Counted from the first letter of the stretch, positions 38,880 through 49,631 are shown. The stretch is DNA of 64,000 nt from Nitrospirota bacterium (GCA_963737155.1 CAVTRN010000001.1:992001-1056000), one strand, 5' to 3'. A program made the numbers and translations. The notes: generated by a model not told the origin, from the letters alone.

Positions 38880-40247
38880 ATGAAAGAAGTATTCATAAAA
38901 TCAATGGTAGCAGTCATTATGTGTCTCATGCTGGCATCGATACTCTCACCGGCACTGGTCATGGCAGAAGAGGCTGCATCACCCGCTCCGGCCATGGCAG
39001 CCCCGGCTCCGGTAACACCGGTGTCTGCATCGAAGATCGATACTGGCGACACGGCATGGATGACCGTTGCAACCGCACTGGTCATGCTCATGTCCATTCC
39101 GGGGCTCGCGCTGTTTTACGGAGGTCTGGCAAAAAGTAAGGATGCGCTGAACACCATGGCCATGACCTTCGTGACCTTCTGTATCGTCAGCCTGCTCTGG
39201 GTTCTCTATGGGTACTCATTCTCCTTTGTCGGCGATCTCAAAGGAATCATCGGCGATGCTTCAAAAGCGTTCTTAAGCGGCGTTGGACCGAACAGCATAT
39301 CCGATCTGGCTAAGACGATACCTGAGTATACATTTATCGCCTATCAGCTTACTTTTGCGGCTATCACCGTTGCTCTTGCGAGCGGTGCATATATCGAGCG
39401 GATGAAGTTTTCCGCGTGGATCATTTTCTCGATACTCTGGTTGACGGTAGTGTACATTCCTGTGGCGCATTGGGTATGGGGTGGCGGTTTCCTTGCAAAA
39501 CTCGGAGCTCTTGATTTCGCGGGCGGTACGGTCGTTCACGTCAATGCTGGTATTGCAGCGCTAGTAGGCGCCTTGGTCCTGGGCAAGCGGCGTGTCAAGG
39601 CGATCATACCCGGGAACCTGACACTTGTGGTCATTGGAGCTGGTCTTCTGTGGTTCGGTTGGTTCGGGTTCAACGCGGGCTCGGCGCTTGCCGCGAACGG
39701 GCTCGCAAGCGCAGCCTTCATTAATACAAATACGGCGACGGCGGCAGCTGCGCTGGCCTGGATGTTCGTTGAATGGAAGCATTCCGGTAAACCTACGGTT
39801 CTTGGTCTCGCATCCGGCGCAGTCGGTGGTCTCGTTGCCATCACACCGGCTGCGGGCTTCGTGAACATCAGCGGTGCGATCATCATCGGATTAGCTGCTG
39901 GCATAATCCCGTTCTACGCAGTGGCAAAACTCAAGCCGATGTTTGGCTATGACGATACGCTTGATGCTTTTGGCATTCACGGCATTGGTGGGACTCTCGG
40001 GGCGATCCTGACCGGTGTGTTTGCGGACCCGGCGATTAATGCAGCGGGCAAAGGTCTTCTTTACGGTAATCCCGGCCAGGTCTGGATACAGTTCATCGCA
40101 GTGGCATCGACGGTTGTGTACAGCGGCGTCATGACTTTCGTGATCTTCATGATTCTCAAAGCTACGATCGGCATCCGTGTCCAAGCAGAGGAAGAAACTA
40201 TGGGACTCGACGAGAGCCAGCACGGCGAACGGGCGTATAATTCCTAA
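38880..40247 (+). CDS. amtB: Ammonium transporter AmtB, canonical
   Basis: Signal peptide, PGLALFYGG, AHWVWG, DFAGGTVVH, GFNAGS, DDTLDAFGIHG, GLD..QHGERAY. Confidence 0.96.
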   Translation: MKEVFIKSMVAVIMCLMLASILSPALVMAEEAASPAPAMAAPAPVTPVSASKIDTGDTAWMTVATALVMLMSIPGLALFYGGLAKSKDALNTMAMTFVTFCIVSLLWVLYGYSFSFVGDLKGIIGDASKAFLSGVGPNSISDLAKTIPEYTFIAYQLTFAAITVALASGAYIERMKFSAWIIFSILWLTVVYIPVAHWVWGGGFLAKLGALDFAGGTVVHVNAGIAALVGALVLGKRRVKAIIPGNLTLVVIGAGLLWFGWFGFNAGSALAANGLASAAFINTNTATAAAALAWMFVEWKHSGKPTVLGLASGAVGGLVAITPAAGFVNISGAIIIGLAAGIIPFYAVAKLKPMFGYDDTLDAFGIHGIGGTLGAILTGVFADPAINAAGKGLLYGNPGQVWIQFIAVASTVVYSGVMTFVIFMILKATIGIRVQAEEETMGLDESQHGERAYNS

Positions 40248-40272
40248 GGTATTTAACTATGCTGAACCGTGA

Positions 40273-40644
<372 letters not shown>

Positions 40645-40732
40645 TAAGCCACTGTTTATTCTTCGGTGTATTTTTTGTCGTTCTGACGCAAACAAACTTA
40701 AGTCAGACTTGCCTTTTAATCATAAGGTTTGT

Positions 40733-40766
40733 AGCCGGCATGCAATGGAACATGCCGGTTTTTTTT
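40733..40766 (+). terminator. Rho-independent terminator after glnK
   Basis: CCGGCATG/CATGCCGG stem followed by a T run. Confidence 0.75.
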
Positions 40767-41004
40767 ATTATCTCAAGGATGATATTGTGCCGGGTAACGA
40801 ACGAGAGAGGGTGGCATCATGGGGTGGATATTATAGTGGAAGAAGCGCTTAGCCTGGGTAAAACATTTGGCTGCAGATAAAATCGGATGAGGGCAGATGA
40901 AGGTAATATTAACTACGTTCATAAATCTTTTTCAATATTGGCACCCGGTCCCCTCTGCGTGAATCTGTGATCCTCTGCGTCTAAATGCTGTTTTCAGGCA
41001 GTAC

Positions 41005-41574
41005 TTAGCCACCCAGCCTCAACCCCGCCTCATAAGCTTCCCGTAGCGCGGTCGGATGGACCAGGATATCGCCGATCGCGTCAACGCCTCCAAAAAAAAG
41101 CGTTTCATGCTCAGGTACGCTTATGGTCCTGAAAAAACTCTTGGCTATGACATCGGCGGTGTGACGGCCGTCTTCACTTTTCATGCCTCCGACGAGGAGC
41201 AAAAGTCCTTTTCTCCCCCGTGGCCCCGCGAGGATGTTCTTTTTAAGACGATATTTTTCACACCAGAAAGACTGGCACCTGTCAATCATCGCTTTGGCCT
41301 GGGCGCTCAGGCTGTAAAAAAAAATCGGGGAGGCGAGAATGATTCTCTCTGCCTCCCGAATAGCATTATAGATTTCATTCATAGCGTCGGAGTGGATGCA
41401 AAGACCAGTTTTCACGCAGCCGCCGCAATCTTGGCAGGGTTTGATGTTCATGCTGTTAAGTTTGAATACACTTACATCATTTCCAGCCTTCCGCAGGGGC
41501 TTGAGCGCTCCGTCCAGCAGGAGTTCAGTATTCCCGCTCGGACGCGGGCTACCATTGAATGCGATGATCCTCAT
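41005..41574 (-). CDS. Iron-sulfur flavoprotein (flavodoxin-fold, Isf-like)
   Basis: NGSPR..GNT, CxxCxxCx4C, SPIFF. Confidence 0.88.
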   Translation of the reverse strand: MRIIAFNGSPRPSGNTELLLDGALKPLRKAGNDVSVFKLNSMNIKPCQDCGGCVKTGLCIHSDAMNEIYNAIREAERIILASPIFFYSLSAQAKAMIDRCQSFWCEKYRLKKNILAGPRGRKGLLLLVGGMKSEDGRHTADVIAKSFFRTISVPEHETLFFGGVDAIGDILVHPTALREAYEAGLRLGG

Positions 41575-42069
41575 TTATTCTGTTTTATAGAAAGCTTTCT
41601 TTTTTGCCTTGCAAACGGGGCATTCATCGGGTGCTTCGCCCTCGGCGGTATAACCGCAGACGGAGCAGACATAGTAATCTGTGATGACGTTTTTGCCAAG
41701 ACTTTCGAGGGCCTTCTGGTACAACGCCGCATGGATCTCTTCCACTTCATTGGCCATGTTGAAGCTCCGCAGCGCATAATCCTGGCCTTCCGACTTCGCA
41801 TCGGTAATCATCTGAGGATACATCCTCTGGAACTCGTAAGTCTCTCCGCTAATGGCGGCCAGGAGATTCTCTTGCGTCGATTTTACGCCGCTCAACCCTT
41901 TCAAGTGGTTGTGTGCATGGATGGTCTCCGCTGCGGCTGCGGCGCGGAACAGTTTTGCGGCCTGCAGGTATCCTTCTTCATCCGCTTTTTTCGCAAAAGC
42001 GAGGTATTTTCTATTTGCCTGTGATTCACCGGCAAAAGCATCTTTCAGGTTCTGCTCAGTTTTAGACAT
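41575..42069 (-). CDS. rbr: Rubrerythrin
   Basis: AFAGESQANRKY, ExxH twice, C-terminal CSVCG...CPVC. Confidence 0.93.
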   Translation of the reverse strand: MSKTEQNLKDAFAGESQANRKYLAFAKKADEEGYLQAAKLFRAAAAAETIHAHNHLKGLSGVKSTQENLLAAISGETYEFQRMYPQMITDAKSEGQDYALRSFNMANEVEEIHAALYQKALESLGKNVITDYYVCSVCGYTAEGEAPDECPVCKAKKKAFYKTE

Positions 42070-42099
42070 GATTTAAGCTCTCCTTTTTTTGATCTTCGA

Positions 42100-42678
42100 T
42101 TAATTTACCCTGGCTTCCGCCGAAGGCCAGTTGATGTTCTTAAAAAAAGCTTCGATATAGTCGGCGCGTTTCAAGCCATAGTCGAGCATGAAGGCGTGTT
42201 CGAAAACATCCATGATGAGGAGTGGAGTACAACCCGCTGGATGGGCAACGTCGTGCTCATTGATCCAAAAATTTATGAGCCTTCCAGTTGCCGTATCCTG
42301 GTACAGGACGGCCCAGCCAATACCGCGCATTGCACCGGTCGCCCTGAAATCTTTTTCCCAAACCTCGACGCTGCCAAAGGTCTCCACCATTTTTTTGGCG
42401 AGCTTGCCGTTTTTGTCGATGCCACCCCTGCCCCCGAGGTTCTCAAAATAATATTCATGCAGCCGCATGCCATTGAATTCCCAGCCGAGCCGTCGCTTCA
42501 GCTCTGCGAATTCATAGGCCGTATTCTTGCCGTCCTTTGCCATCTGGTCGAGCGTATCGAGCACTTTGTTCGTGTTGGTCACATAACCTTGGTAAAGCGT
42601 AAAATGGTTTTTCAAGAGGGTCTCGCTAAAGCCCTCCATTCCGACGAGCTTGGCATAATCTTTTGCCGCGTATGACAT
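42100..42678 (-). CDS. sod: Fe/Mn superoxide dismutase family
   Basis: Metal ligands in NHF, LHEYYF and DVFEHAF. Confidence 0.88.
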   Translation of the reverse strand: MSYAAKDYAKLVGMEGFSETLLKNHFTLYQGYVTNTNKVLDTLDQMAKDGKNTAYEFAELKRRLGWEFNGMRLHEYYFENLGGRGGIDKNGKLAKKMVETFGSVEVWEKDFRATGAMRGIGWAVLYQDTATGRLINFWINEHDVAHPAGCTPLLIMDVFEHAFMLDYGLKRADYIEAFFKNINWPSAEARVN

Positions 42679-42812
42679 GGTGTCTCCTCCCTGGATGTTT
42701 GGAAATTTAATACCAAATATTTTTAATTATACCAGAAGTGAAGCTAGGTTTATTATCCGCGTGGAAGATCAGCTACTCATCCCTCGCTCTCGGTCGGTTC
42801 GTCGGAAATTGC

Positions 42813-42941
42813 TTAGTGAATTGTACTTTCATTATCGAAAACGTGGTAATCACAGAATAAACAGACCGTCTCCGGCTGCTTTGACCACAGCTCAATCTCA
42901 CCACCACATTTAGGGCAGGTTGTGATGAACTCAATCACCAT
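42813..42941 (-). CDS. Small zinc-ribbon/rubredoxin-like protein (42 aa)
   Basis: CPKCG...CLFCD, RBS GAGG, inside the operon. Confidence 0.6.
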   Translation of the reverse strand: MVIEFITTCPKCGGEIELWSKQPETVCLFCDYHVFDNESTIH

Positions 42942-42975
42942 CCTCTGCGGTTTTCCGCTGTTTGCTGTTTTTTTC

Positions 42976-43428
42976 CTATGTTTGAGCAGGCTCCCTTTCA
43001 TTTGCCTTTCTCCATCCTTCTCGCGCAAGACGTTCCATGCGGTTGTTTCCCCATGACTTAATTTCCTCAAAATAGCGTTTCCGATCCGTCTTTGCCAGCT
43101 GGGTCAACTGTTCTCGTTCGCGAACGGAGTCAATATGGTCCGAGGGCGTCACACCCCTCCACGTGCAATAGCCCTCGTCGAAAATGAACTCGGGGGTTAC
43201 CTCGCTCGACGTGGCCTTTTTCTGGAGCATGAAACGTGCCACGTCCATATCATACTGGATGATCCATCCATTATCGACAATCATGGTAGCCAAATCCTGA
43301 CTAATCCCCGGAGAGCATTCGGAACAGTACAATTTGGTGACTACCTCGAACGGCAGGATCTCGTCTTTGAAATTAAAACTGGCATGACTCTTACCGCAAG
43401 AACAGTTGATGCTGTGATCTACGCACAT
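42976..43428 (-). CDS. Cys-rich hypothetical protein
   Basis: CSCG and CSEC pairs; overlaps the perR stop. Confidence 0.75.
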   Translation of the reverse strand: MCVDHSINCSCGKSHASFNFKDEILPFEVVTKLYCSECSPGISQDLATMIVDNGWIIQYDMDVARFMLQKKATSSEVTPEFIFDEGYCTWRGVTPSDHIDSVREREQLTQLAKTDRKRYFEEIKSWGNNRMERLAREGWRKANEREPAQT

Positions 43429-43850
43429 GGTAAAGCCTCCTTGGCTGATGATATTTTTATGTTATTGCATTTCGGGCAAAGCCCGTAAAATTCTACATGG
43501 CTGCTAATAATCGAGAATTCCTGCCTAGCGTTTTCCGGGAGGTCTAGCTTATACTCGCCATGGATATCGACGATTCTCTTGCAACAAACACACATTAGGT
43601 GGTTATGAAGACTCGTCTCGGGATCATATCGCTTCTTGCCTGGGTCAAGCGTCAATTCAAGTAGGCTCCCTTTTTCTTTGAGGGCCAAAAGTGTGCTATA
43701 TACCGTTGCCAGCGACATTGTCGGAAATTTTTTATGCACTGCGCTATAGATACTTTCTGCCGAAGGATGATCCTTGTTACCCTCGAGATAGTGCAGGATT
43801 GCCAACCGCTGCGGTGTTAATTTTAAACCAATGTTACGATACTTTTCCAT
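43419..43850 (-). CDS. perR: Fur-family peroxide-responsive repressor
   Basis: LTPQR, HPSAE, SLATVY, RYD..HNHLMCxxC, CPKC; heads the SOD/rubrerythrin operon. Confidence 0.87.
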   Translation of the reverse strand: MEKYRNIGLKLTPQRLAILHYLEGNKDHPSAESIYSAVHKKFPTMSLATVYSTLLALKEKGSLLELTLDPGKKRYDPETSLHNHLMCVCCKRIVDIHGEYKLDLPENARQEFSIISSHVEFYGLCPKCNNIKISSAKEALPCA

Positions 43851-43873
43851 TTGTCATCTCTACCGATTGCAAT

Positions 43874-43888
43874 TGAGAATGATTATAA
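43874..43888 (-). promoter_or_regulatory. Per/Fur box upstream of perR
   Basis: TGAGAAT-G-ATTATAA, two mismatches to TTATAAT-N-ATTATAA, in an AT-rich promoter. Confidence 0.6.
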
Positions 43889-44113
43889 TTTAAATAATAT
43901 TATTTGTCAATAATTATTATTGTTTATAATTACAATAAATTTCCAGGTGATTATACAATATAATATCTTACCTGCTTCTGCCTTTTTAAATAAACAACAT
44001 GACTATAAATATTATTATATGATTTTTTATTCGAATGTATCAAGTATCTTACAATTCATTGAAAATCTTAGCAGTAAAATCATAGAATGGAGAATACTTT
44101 ATCTGCTGAAATA

Positions 44114-44258
44114 TGCACAAAAAACAAACAGGTGCCTAAAATATAAGCTTAAAGAACGACCTATTATGAAATTACGCAATAATATTTCCTCTGATAACTT
44201 AATGAAATCAGTTCTTTTTTTAAGCTATTCCCAGAAAATTAGTGGCATAGGCCTTGCT
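44114..44258 (+). promoter_or_regulatory. Orphan sigma54 promoter with tandem NtrC-like sites
   Basis: TGGCATAGGCCTTGCT at 44243; TGCAC-N7-AAACA-GG-TGCCT at 44114. Confidence 0.75.
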
Positions 44259-44321
44259 ACTCAACAGTGTAATCAATTAATAAGGCATAAAACGTACTTA
44301 AAGAAGAATTCAAAGGAGATT

Positions 44322-44509
44322 GGAGCGCTCTTCGGCAACATGAAGCAGTTCGCCATCCGGGCAGGAGCCGTTGTGCTTGTCGCTCTCTTTACTCATTCAT
44401 CGTAGGTGTTGTTATGCTGAAGGTGCTTAATGCTACGTAGGGAGTGCGCGTCTAGGCGGAAAATGAGACGAAGGCTCTCGGCATCAGCCATCACGGCGAA
44501 GTAGGATGC
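44322..44509 (+). pseudogene. C-terminal relic of a third amt gene
   Basis: GALFGNMKQFAIRAGAV..YSFIV..LKVLNAT*GVRV*AENETKALGISHHGEVG aligns with the AmtB tail GLLYGNPGQ..YS..ATIGIRVQAEEETMGLDESQHGERA. Confidence 0.8.
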
Positions 44510-44611
44510 GTAACGTCGCCGCCAAAAGCATCGTGGTGAAGGCATCATTCAAGATTTAACGTGATAATCAATCCCAACAGCATGCAGACGACGGGGAGTC
44601 TCATGAGTGCA

Positions 44612-45535
44612 TCAAAATCTGTCTGGATTTTTTTTTATTTGGACAAGATATACGCCCAGGAGTATGGCAGTCCCGCCGCCAACCTGGGACAACGTGATTT
44701 CTTCGCCCAAAAAAGTGGCGAACAGTACGGCAGCGAAGGGTATGAGATAGTGGTATGCCATAGTGCGGGTGACTCCTAGCTCCTTTACCCCCTGATACCA
44801 GAACACATAAGCGATTCCGGCGGCGATGAATGACGCAAAAACGAGGGATGACCAGGAAAGCAGGGACACGCCGGACCACGACTGATTCAAAAGGCCCGGG
44901 ACGCTGACGGGAAGGAGCAGTAGGCTGCCCGCGAACATGCTGTAGGCTGTGACTTTTAAAGCGGAGTATTTTTCGAGAAGAGGCTTTGCCGTTATGGTGA
45001 AGAGCGCCCAGATTAGCGTTGCGCAGAGGGTCAGGAAATCGCCTGCCATGTGGGATGAGGAAAAACTCGGTTCTCCATGGTTGCTTCTGATGATAAGAAA
45101 AACACCGAATGAGGCAAGTGCTAATCCCGTGCTTATTAGAAGAGTAAGGCGCTCTTTTCCCCAGAAGGCTTGGATCAGCGCAGCGAACAACGGTGACAAT
45201 GAGATGAGTAGGGCCGAATTCGCCGCTGTCGTGTATCGGAGACCGTACATGAAAAATATATTGTACAGTGTGATACCCAGAAGGCCGAGTTTGATGATGG
45301 CAAAGCGGTCCCGGCGATCGATCGAATAAGATTCATGCTTGGCGGCCATGACGGCGATGAGGAAAAGCGAGGCCAGCGCGAACCGGATCACGGCAAAACT
45401 GAGGGGATGGAAATCCGCGAGCGCATATTTGACTAAGGAAAAGTTTATGCCCCAAGCAGTGGCAACGAATAAAAGACGAAGATTAAACATGGTGGTTATG
45501 AGTGCATGGAGTATGAGGAAGAGAGCATGGAACAA
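44612..45535 (-). CDS. EamA/DMT-family transporter
   Basis: WGINF, YTTAANSAL, two EamA repeats; start may be 45490. Confidence 0.88.
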   Translation of the reverse strand: MFHALFLILHALITTMFNLRLLFVATAWGINFSLVKYALADFHPLSFAVIRFALASLFLIAVMAAKHESYSIDRRDRFAIIKLGLLGITLYNIFFMYGLRYTTAANSALLISLSPLFAALIQAFWGKERLTLLISTGLALASFGVFLIIRSNHGEPSFSSSHMAGDFLTLCATLIWALFTITAKPLLEKYSALKVTAYSMFAGSLLLLPVSVPGLLNQSWSGVSLLSWSSLVFASFIAAGIAYVFWYQGVKELGVTRTMAYHYLIPFAAVLFATFLGEEITLSQVGGGTAILLGVYLVQIKKNPDRF

Positions 45536-45637
45536 AAAAGTGGATTTTAGTCTGCTCGATGCCCTCAGCTACTTTTCGTATTCGCACTATACAGGAAATA
45601 GCTTGAATACTCAAATTTATTGTGTTATCAATGAGGA

Positions 45638-46750
45638 ATGGAACAATCGAGCAGTCGTATAAATGATATAGCAGCCGACATTCTTACCGCGATTATCGAT
45701 GGGTTCGTCGTGGCTGATGCGGATGGCCGGGTGCTTATCTGGAACAGGGCTGCCGAGGAAATGACTGGGATAGCGGGACCCGATGCGGTGGGCAGGAGCA
45801 TCCATTCTGTCTTTGCCGAAAACCAGCCCGTGATTAGCCAGCTCGAAAAAACCATAACCTCGGGTAGGTCCTATTCTGATTATGAAGCAGAGCTTTCGGT
45901 GAAGCACGGACCGCAGCGTCCCGTGGGACTGATAACGAGTTTACTGACTGATGACGAAGGTCGACCCACAGGCCTGATTCTTACAATCCGTGATCAGGCG
46001 GGCGTCCGTGATTTGAAGGAGCGCATGCGCAGATCGGATCGGCTGGCCACGCTCGGTATGATCGCCGCCGGGATCGCCCATGAAGTGAAAAACCCCCTTG
46101 TGGGGATACGTGGTGCGGCGCAACTTATGAAGTCCGAACTCCGAAATGCCCCTGAGCCGGGCACAGGCAAGAGTTTGACGGAATATCTCGATGTGATCTT
46201 GAAGGAAGCTGACCGTCTGAACAATGTGCTGGAGGGTATCCTCGACTTTACGCGCATCAAGCCCCGCGAGATGAAGGCCTCGAATATTCACAGCATCCTG
46301 GACCGGGTGTTGATTTTGAATGAGGAGAGCGCTCGACAGCGCGGTGTCATTCTTACGAGACTCTACGACCCGAGCCTGCCCGACGTTTACGGCAGCGAGG
46401 ACCAGCTTATCCAGGTTTTTCTTAATATCATTAAGAACGCCATTGAGGCAATGCCCCGGGGCGGGAAGCTTAAGGTTATGACACGCATGTCCGACCTGTT
46501 CACAACCGTGCAGGCCGATGGTAGAAAATACCAGCTCATGGTCGCGAAGGTGAGCGATACTGGCCCGGGGATAAAGCAGGAGCATTTGCAGGACATATTC
46601 ACGCCATTCTTTACGACCAAGGACCGTGGCGTGGGGCTTGGGTTAGCGCTTTCGTATCAGATCGTGCAAGAACACCTCGGTACGATCCGCGTGGAGAGCC
46701 GGGAACACGAGGGAACGACGTTCAGCGTTTATTTGCCGCTCGCGGGATAA
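45638..46750 (+). CDS. ntrB: PAS histidine kinase, NtrB-like
   Basis: PAS domain, AHEVKNPL.GIRGAAQL, YDPSLP, NAIEA, DTGPG, GLGL. Confidence 0.88.
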   Translation: MEQSSSRINDIAADILTAIIDGFVVADADGRVLIWNRAAEEMTGIAGPDAVGRSIHSVFAENQPVISQLEKTITSGRSYSDYEAELSVKHGPQRPVGLITSLLTDDEGRPTGLILTIRDQAGVRDLKERMRRSDRLATLGMIAAGIAHEVKNPLVGIRGAAQLMKSELRNAPEPGTGKSLTEYLDVILKEADRLNNVLEGILDFTRIKPREMKASNIHSILDRVLILNEESARQRGVILTRLYDPSLPDVYGSEDQLIQVFLNIIKNAIEAMPRGGKLKVMTRMSDLFTTVQADGRKYQLMVAKVSDTGPGIKQEHLQDIFTPFFTTKDRGVGLGLALSYQIVQEHLGTIRVESREHEGTTFSVYLPLAG

Positions 46751-46826
46751 TGCGGCGGATGGGGGGCGAAGAGCAGAGGGTGTGGGGCAAGCACTAACTT
46801 CTATTCCCGCTGCCAATTGAATAACA

Positions 46827-48284
46827 ATGACTAATGAAAAAATACTTATAGTGGATGACGACGAAAGCGTACGCTGGGTGCTGAAGAAGTCCCTTGAAAA
46901 AGAGGGCATCCAGGCTTTGCTCGCGAAAGACGGAACCGAGGCACTTGAACGGCTCAAAGAGGGCGACATTGCAGTCGTCCTTATGGACATCCGCATGCCT
47001 GGCATAAGCGGGTTAGACGTCCTCGATAAAATCCAGTCCGAAGAACGCGACAGCTCGGTCATCATTATGACCGCCCAAGCCACGATGCAGAATGCCATCG
47101 AGGCCATGCGGCGCGGTGCCTTTGAGTATATCACTAAGCCTTTCGACCTTGACGAGGTAAACATTCTCGTCAGAAAGGCGATCGATGTTAGACGACTTTC
47201 CCAGGAAGTGACGGCGCTTCGCGCCGAGGTGCGGGAAAAATACGAAGGCGGCCTTGTGGGAAACACGGCCGCAATGCAGGAAATCTACAAAACAATCGGA
47301 CGAGTCGCAGAGAGCGATGCCACGGTTTTGATCCATGGGGAGAGCGGCACTGGCAAGGAGCTGGTAGCCCGCGCCATCCATTACCACAGTAAACGGGCTG
47401 GAAGGCCCTTTGTCGCGGTCAACTCTGCGGCAATACCGTCAGAGCTGCTGGAGAGCGAGCTTTTCGGGCATGAGAAGGGTTCTTTTACCGGAGCGATTGG
47501 ACGGAAGATCGGCAAGTTCGAAGCCGCTGCTGGCGGTACCCTCTTTTTGGACGAGATCGGGGATATGAACCTGCCGCTCCAGGGGAAACTGCTGCGTGTG
47601 CTGCAGGAACGAGAATTCGAACGCGTGGGCGGCACTGAGGCGATCAAGACCGACGTGCGGGTCCTCGCCGCCACGCACCACAACCTCGAGAAGATGGTGC
47701 GTGAAAAGCAGTTCCGCGAGGATCTGTTCTACCGCCTGAACGTAATTCAGATCAATATCCCGTCGCTCCGGAAGCGAAAGGACGATATTGTCCCCCTTGC
47801 CGAATTTTTCATGCAGAAATACCAAGCCAGCGACGCGAAGAAAAAAATCCTGACGCCGGAGACACTTAAGGTCCTCCGTGCTTACGATTGGCCGGGCAAT
47901 GTGCGGGAGCTGGAAAACGCGGTGCAGCGCGCCATTACGCTGTCACAGGGCGACAAAATATTTCCCGATGCCTTGCCACCGCAAATCTTCAAGCCGGGGC
48001 AGGGCGCCCATCTTTCTTTCGAGAACTTCCTCGAAGAAAAGCTTGCGGACCTTGTTGAGCGCATGGGCGGGCTCGAACGGGGGGATATTTATACTATGGT
48101 GCTCCAGCGCGTGGAAAAGCCGCTCATCACTCTGGTTCTCAAGAAAACTGAAGGGAACCAGGTCCGCGCCGCTAATCTTCTCGGCATCAATCGGAACACA
48201 CTAAGAAAGAAAATCAAAGAACTGTCTATCAAGGGACCGTTTAGCGGAGAGGGAGAAAAGCCGGAAGAGGACGATGAAGAGTAA
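46827..48284 (+). CDS. ntrC: sigma54-dependent response regulator, NtrC-like
   Basis: Receiver domain, GESGTGKE, GSFTGA, LDEIG, LGINRNTLRKK HTH. Confidence 0.9.
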   Translation: MTNEKILIVDDDESVRWVLKKSLEKEGIQALLAKDGTEALERLKEGDIAVVLMDIRMPGISGLDVLDKIQSEERDSSVIIMTAQATMQNAIEAMRRGAFEYITKPFDLDEVNILVRKAIDVRRLSQEVTALRAEVREKYEGGLVGNTAAMQEIYKTIGRVAESDATVLIHGESGTGKELVARAIHYHSKRAGRPFVAVNSAAIPSELLESELFGHEKGSFTGAIGRKIGKFEAAAGGTLFLDEIGDMNLPLQGKLLRVLQEREFERVGGTEAIKTDVRVLAATHHNLEKMVREKQFREDLFYRLNVIQINIPSLRKRKDDIVPLAEFFMQKYQASDAKKKILTPETLKVLRAYDWPGNVRELENAVQRAITLSQGDKIFPDALPPQIFKPGQGAHLSFENFLEEKLADLVERMGGLERGDIYTMVLQRVEKPLITLVLKKTEGNQVRAANLLGINRNTLRKKIKELSIKGPFSGEGEKPEEDDEE

Positions 48285-48439
48285 CTCTTGCTGCTTTCCT
48301 CGCCTTACTTGCTTCTATCAAACATATACCGTGACTCTAGATCCAGTATTTAATGCTTCACCCATACCCCGTCACCATGCGTGGCCGAGACTTTTTATAA
48401 GGCTGCTCTCCAAAGACAAGTTTGTCCATCGAAAGAGAA

Positions 48440-48868
48440 CTAAAAGACATCTGTTATGGAAAATGTTCCCATTAGTCCGTTCGACTCCCTGCCATTGCTG
48501 TCCTTTACCGAAGTGAGGAATGTGTAAACTCCTTTTTTCTCCGTGCTGCAATCGATTCCGAAGGCTAGGGTGTCCGATGTCCGCAATGCTGTATCGGTCA
48601 GGGGGACCGTTTCCTCAGCTATCTGTTTGCCTTGAGCATCATACACCACCGTTTTGACCGATGCTGTTTCCCCCTGCGGGTGGATTATGTTGAATGTGCC
48701 CGTGATAGTAAAAACGCCTTTTTCTTCCATTGGAGCCCGCAATGTGGCATAGGTCAGATTTGCGATTTTCGGCCCCTCATCCATCCGGCCTGAACAGCCA
48801 CTCAGTCCGGCAAGTCCGAACCATCCCACGAGCATTATTAGTTGGAAAGTTTTTTTAATTTTTCTCAT
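48440..48868 (-). CDS. Hypothetical lipoprotein with Ig-like fold
   Basis: Lipobox LSGC after a basic N-terminus. Confidence 0.65.
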   Translation of the reverse strand: MRKIKKTFQLIMLVGWFGLAGLSGCSGRMDEGPKIANLTYATLRAPMEEKGVFTITGTFNIIHPQGETASVKTVVYDAQGKQIAEETVPLTDTALRTSDTLAFGIDCSTEKKGVYTFLTSVKDSNGRESNGLMGTFSITDVF

Positions 48869-49007
48869 GACGAAGCACTCCTTCTCTTCACGATAAAAGC
48901 AATTATTCCAGTCTCTCATTCAAGCCTATCACCTCGGGAAATGTTGTCAAGATAACTGGTCAGGGCTGCAGCGAAGAGTTATACGAAAAAAGTTCGACTT
49001 AAGCCGT

Positions 49008-49631
49008 TTATGTCAGTGATTTGACCTTCATCTCCACCGGCTGTTTTTTTGGTCCACTGCTGATTCTAGCGGGACGCCCGACGGGCACCACTGCCATGAA
49101 CTCTCCTTTAGGCTCGCCGAGAAAGCGGAGCACTTCATCCTTAATGAGATAAAGAACGCCGAGCCAGACCGTGCCGAGACCGAGTGAAGTTGCGGCCAGC
49201 AGCATGTTCTCGACAGCCGCTGCCGAACTCTGGATTTCCATGGTCCGGAAGAAGTCGTGGGCTGTCTCTTGATCAACCTTGAAAAGCTCCGTACCGTGTC
49301 TGATAAGATCTCCCGTGTTCGTAACAGCGATGACGACTGGCGCGGAGACGATGCTCTTTGCCCCCATCCTGAGAAGGGCTGCAGCGGGCCGGGGAAAGGC
49401 TACAGACTTGGCGGTTACGAGCTGCGCAAGTCCCTGCTTTCTCTCTTCGCGAAGAATGATGAAGCGCCATGACTGCTGGTTATGGGCCGAAGGTGCGGCG
49501 TTGGCAGCGTGGAGGAGAATACTGACCTCCTCATCGCTCACTTCGACCGCGAGAAATGTCCTGACGCTGTGGCGCTCATAGATGTTCTTCAGGGTTTCAT
49601 TGTGAATAACGCTAGATTCATTCGTCTTCAT
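49008..49631 (-). CDS. Nitroreductase family protein
   Basis: RHSVRTF, APSAHNQQSWRF, ENMLLAATSLGLGTVW. Confidence 0.9.
   Translation of the reverse strand: MKTNESSVIHNETLKNIYERHSVRTFLAVEVSDEEVSILLHAANAAPSAHNQQSWRFIILREERKQGLAQLVTAKSVAFPRPAAALLRMGAKSIVSAPVVIAVTNTGDLIRHGTELFKVDQETAHDFFRTMEIQSSAAAVENMLLAATSLGLGTVWLGVLYLIKDEVLRFLGEPKGEFMAVVPVGRPARISSGPKKQPVEMKVKSLT

Noticed and set aside
41056-42024. 322-aa plus-strand ORF and other long antisense ORFs such as 13909-14748 and 31528-32232
   Set aside because: Shadows of well-supported genes on the opposite strand.
43920-44405. 161-aa ORF
   Set aside because: Runs through AT-rich promoter DNA; only its last codons belong to the amt relic.
47478-47495. 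GSFTGA instead of GAFTGA in NtrC as loss of sigma54 contact
   Set aside because: This variant is common in functional activators, and sigma54 promoters are present nearby.
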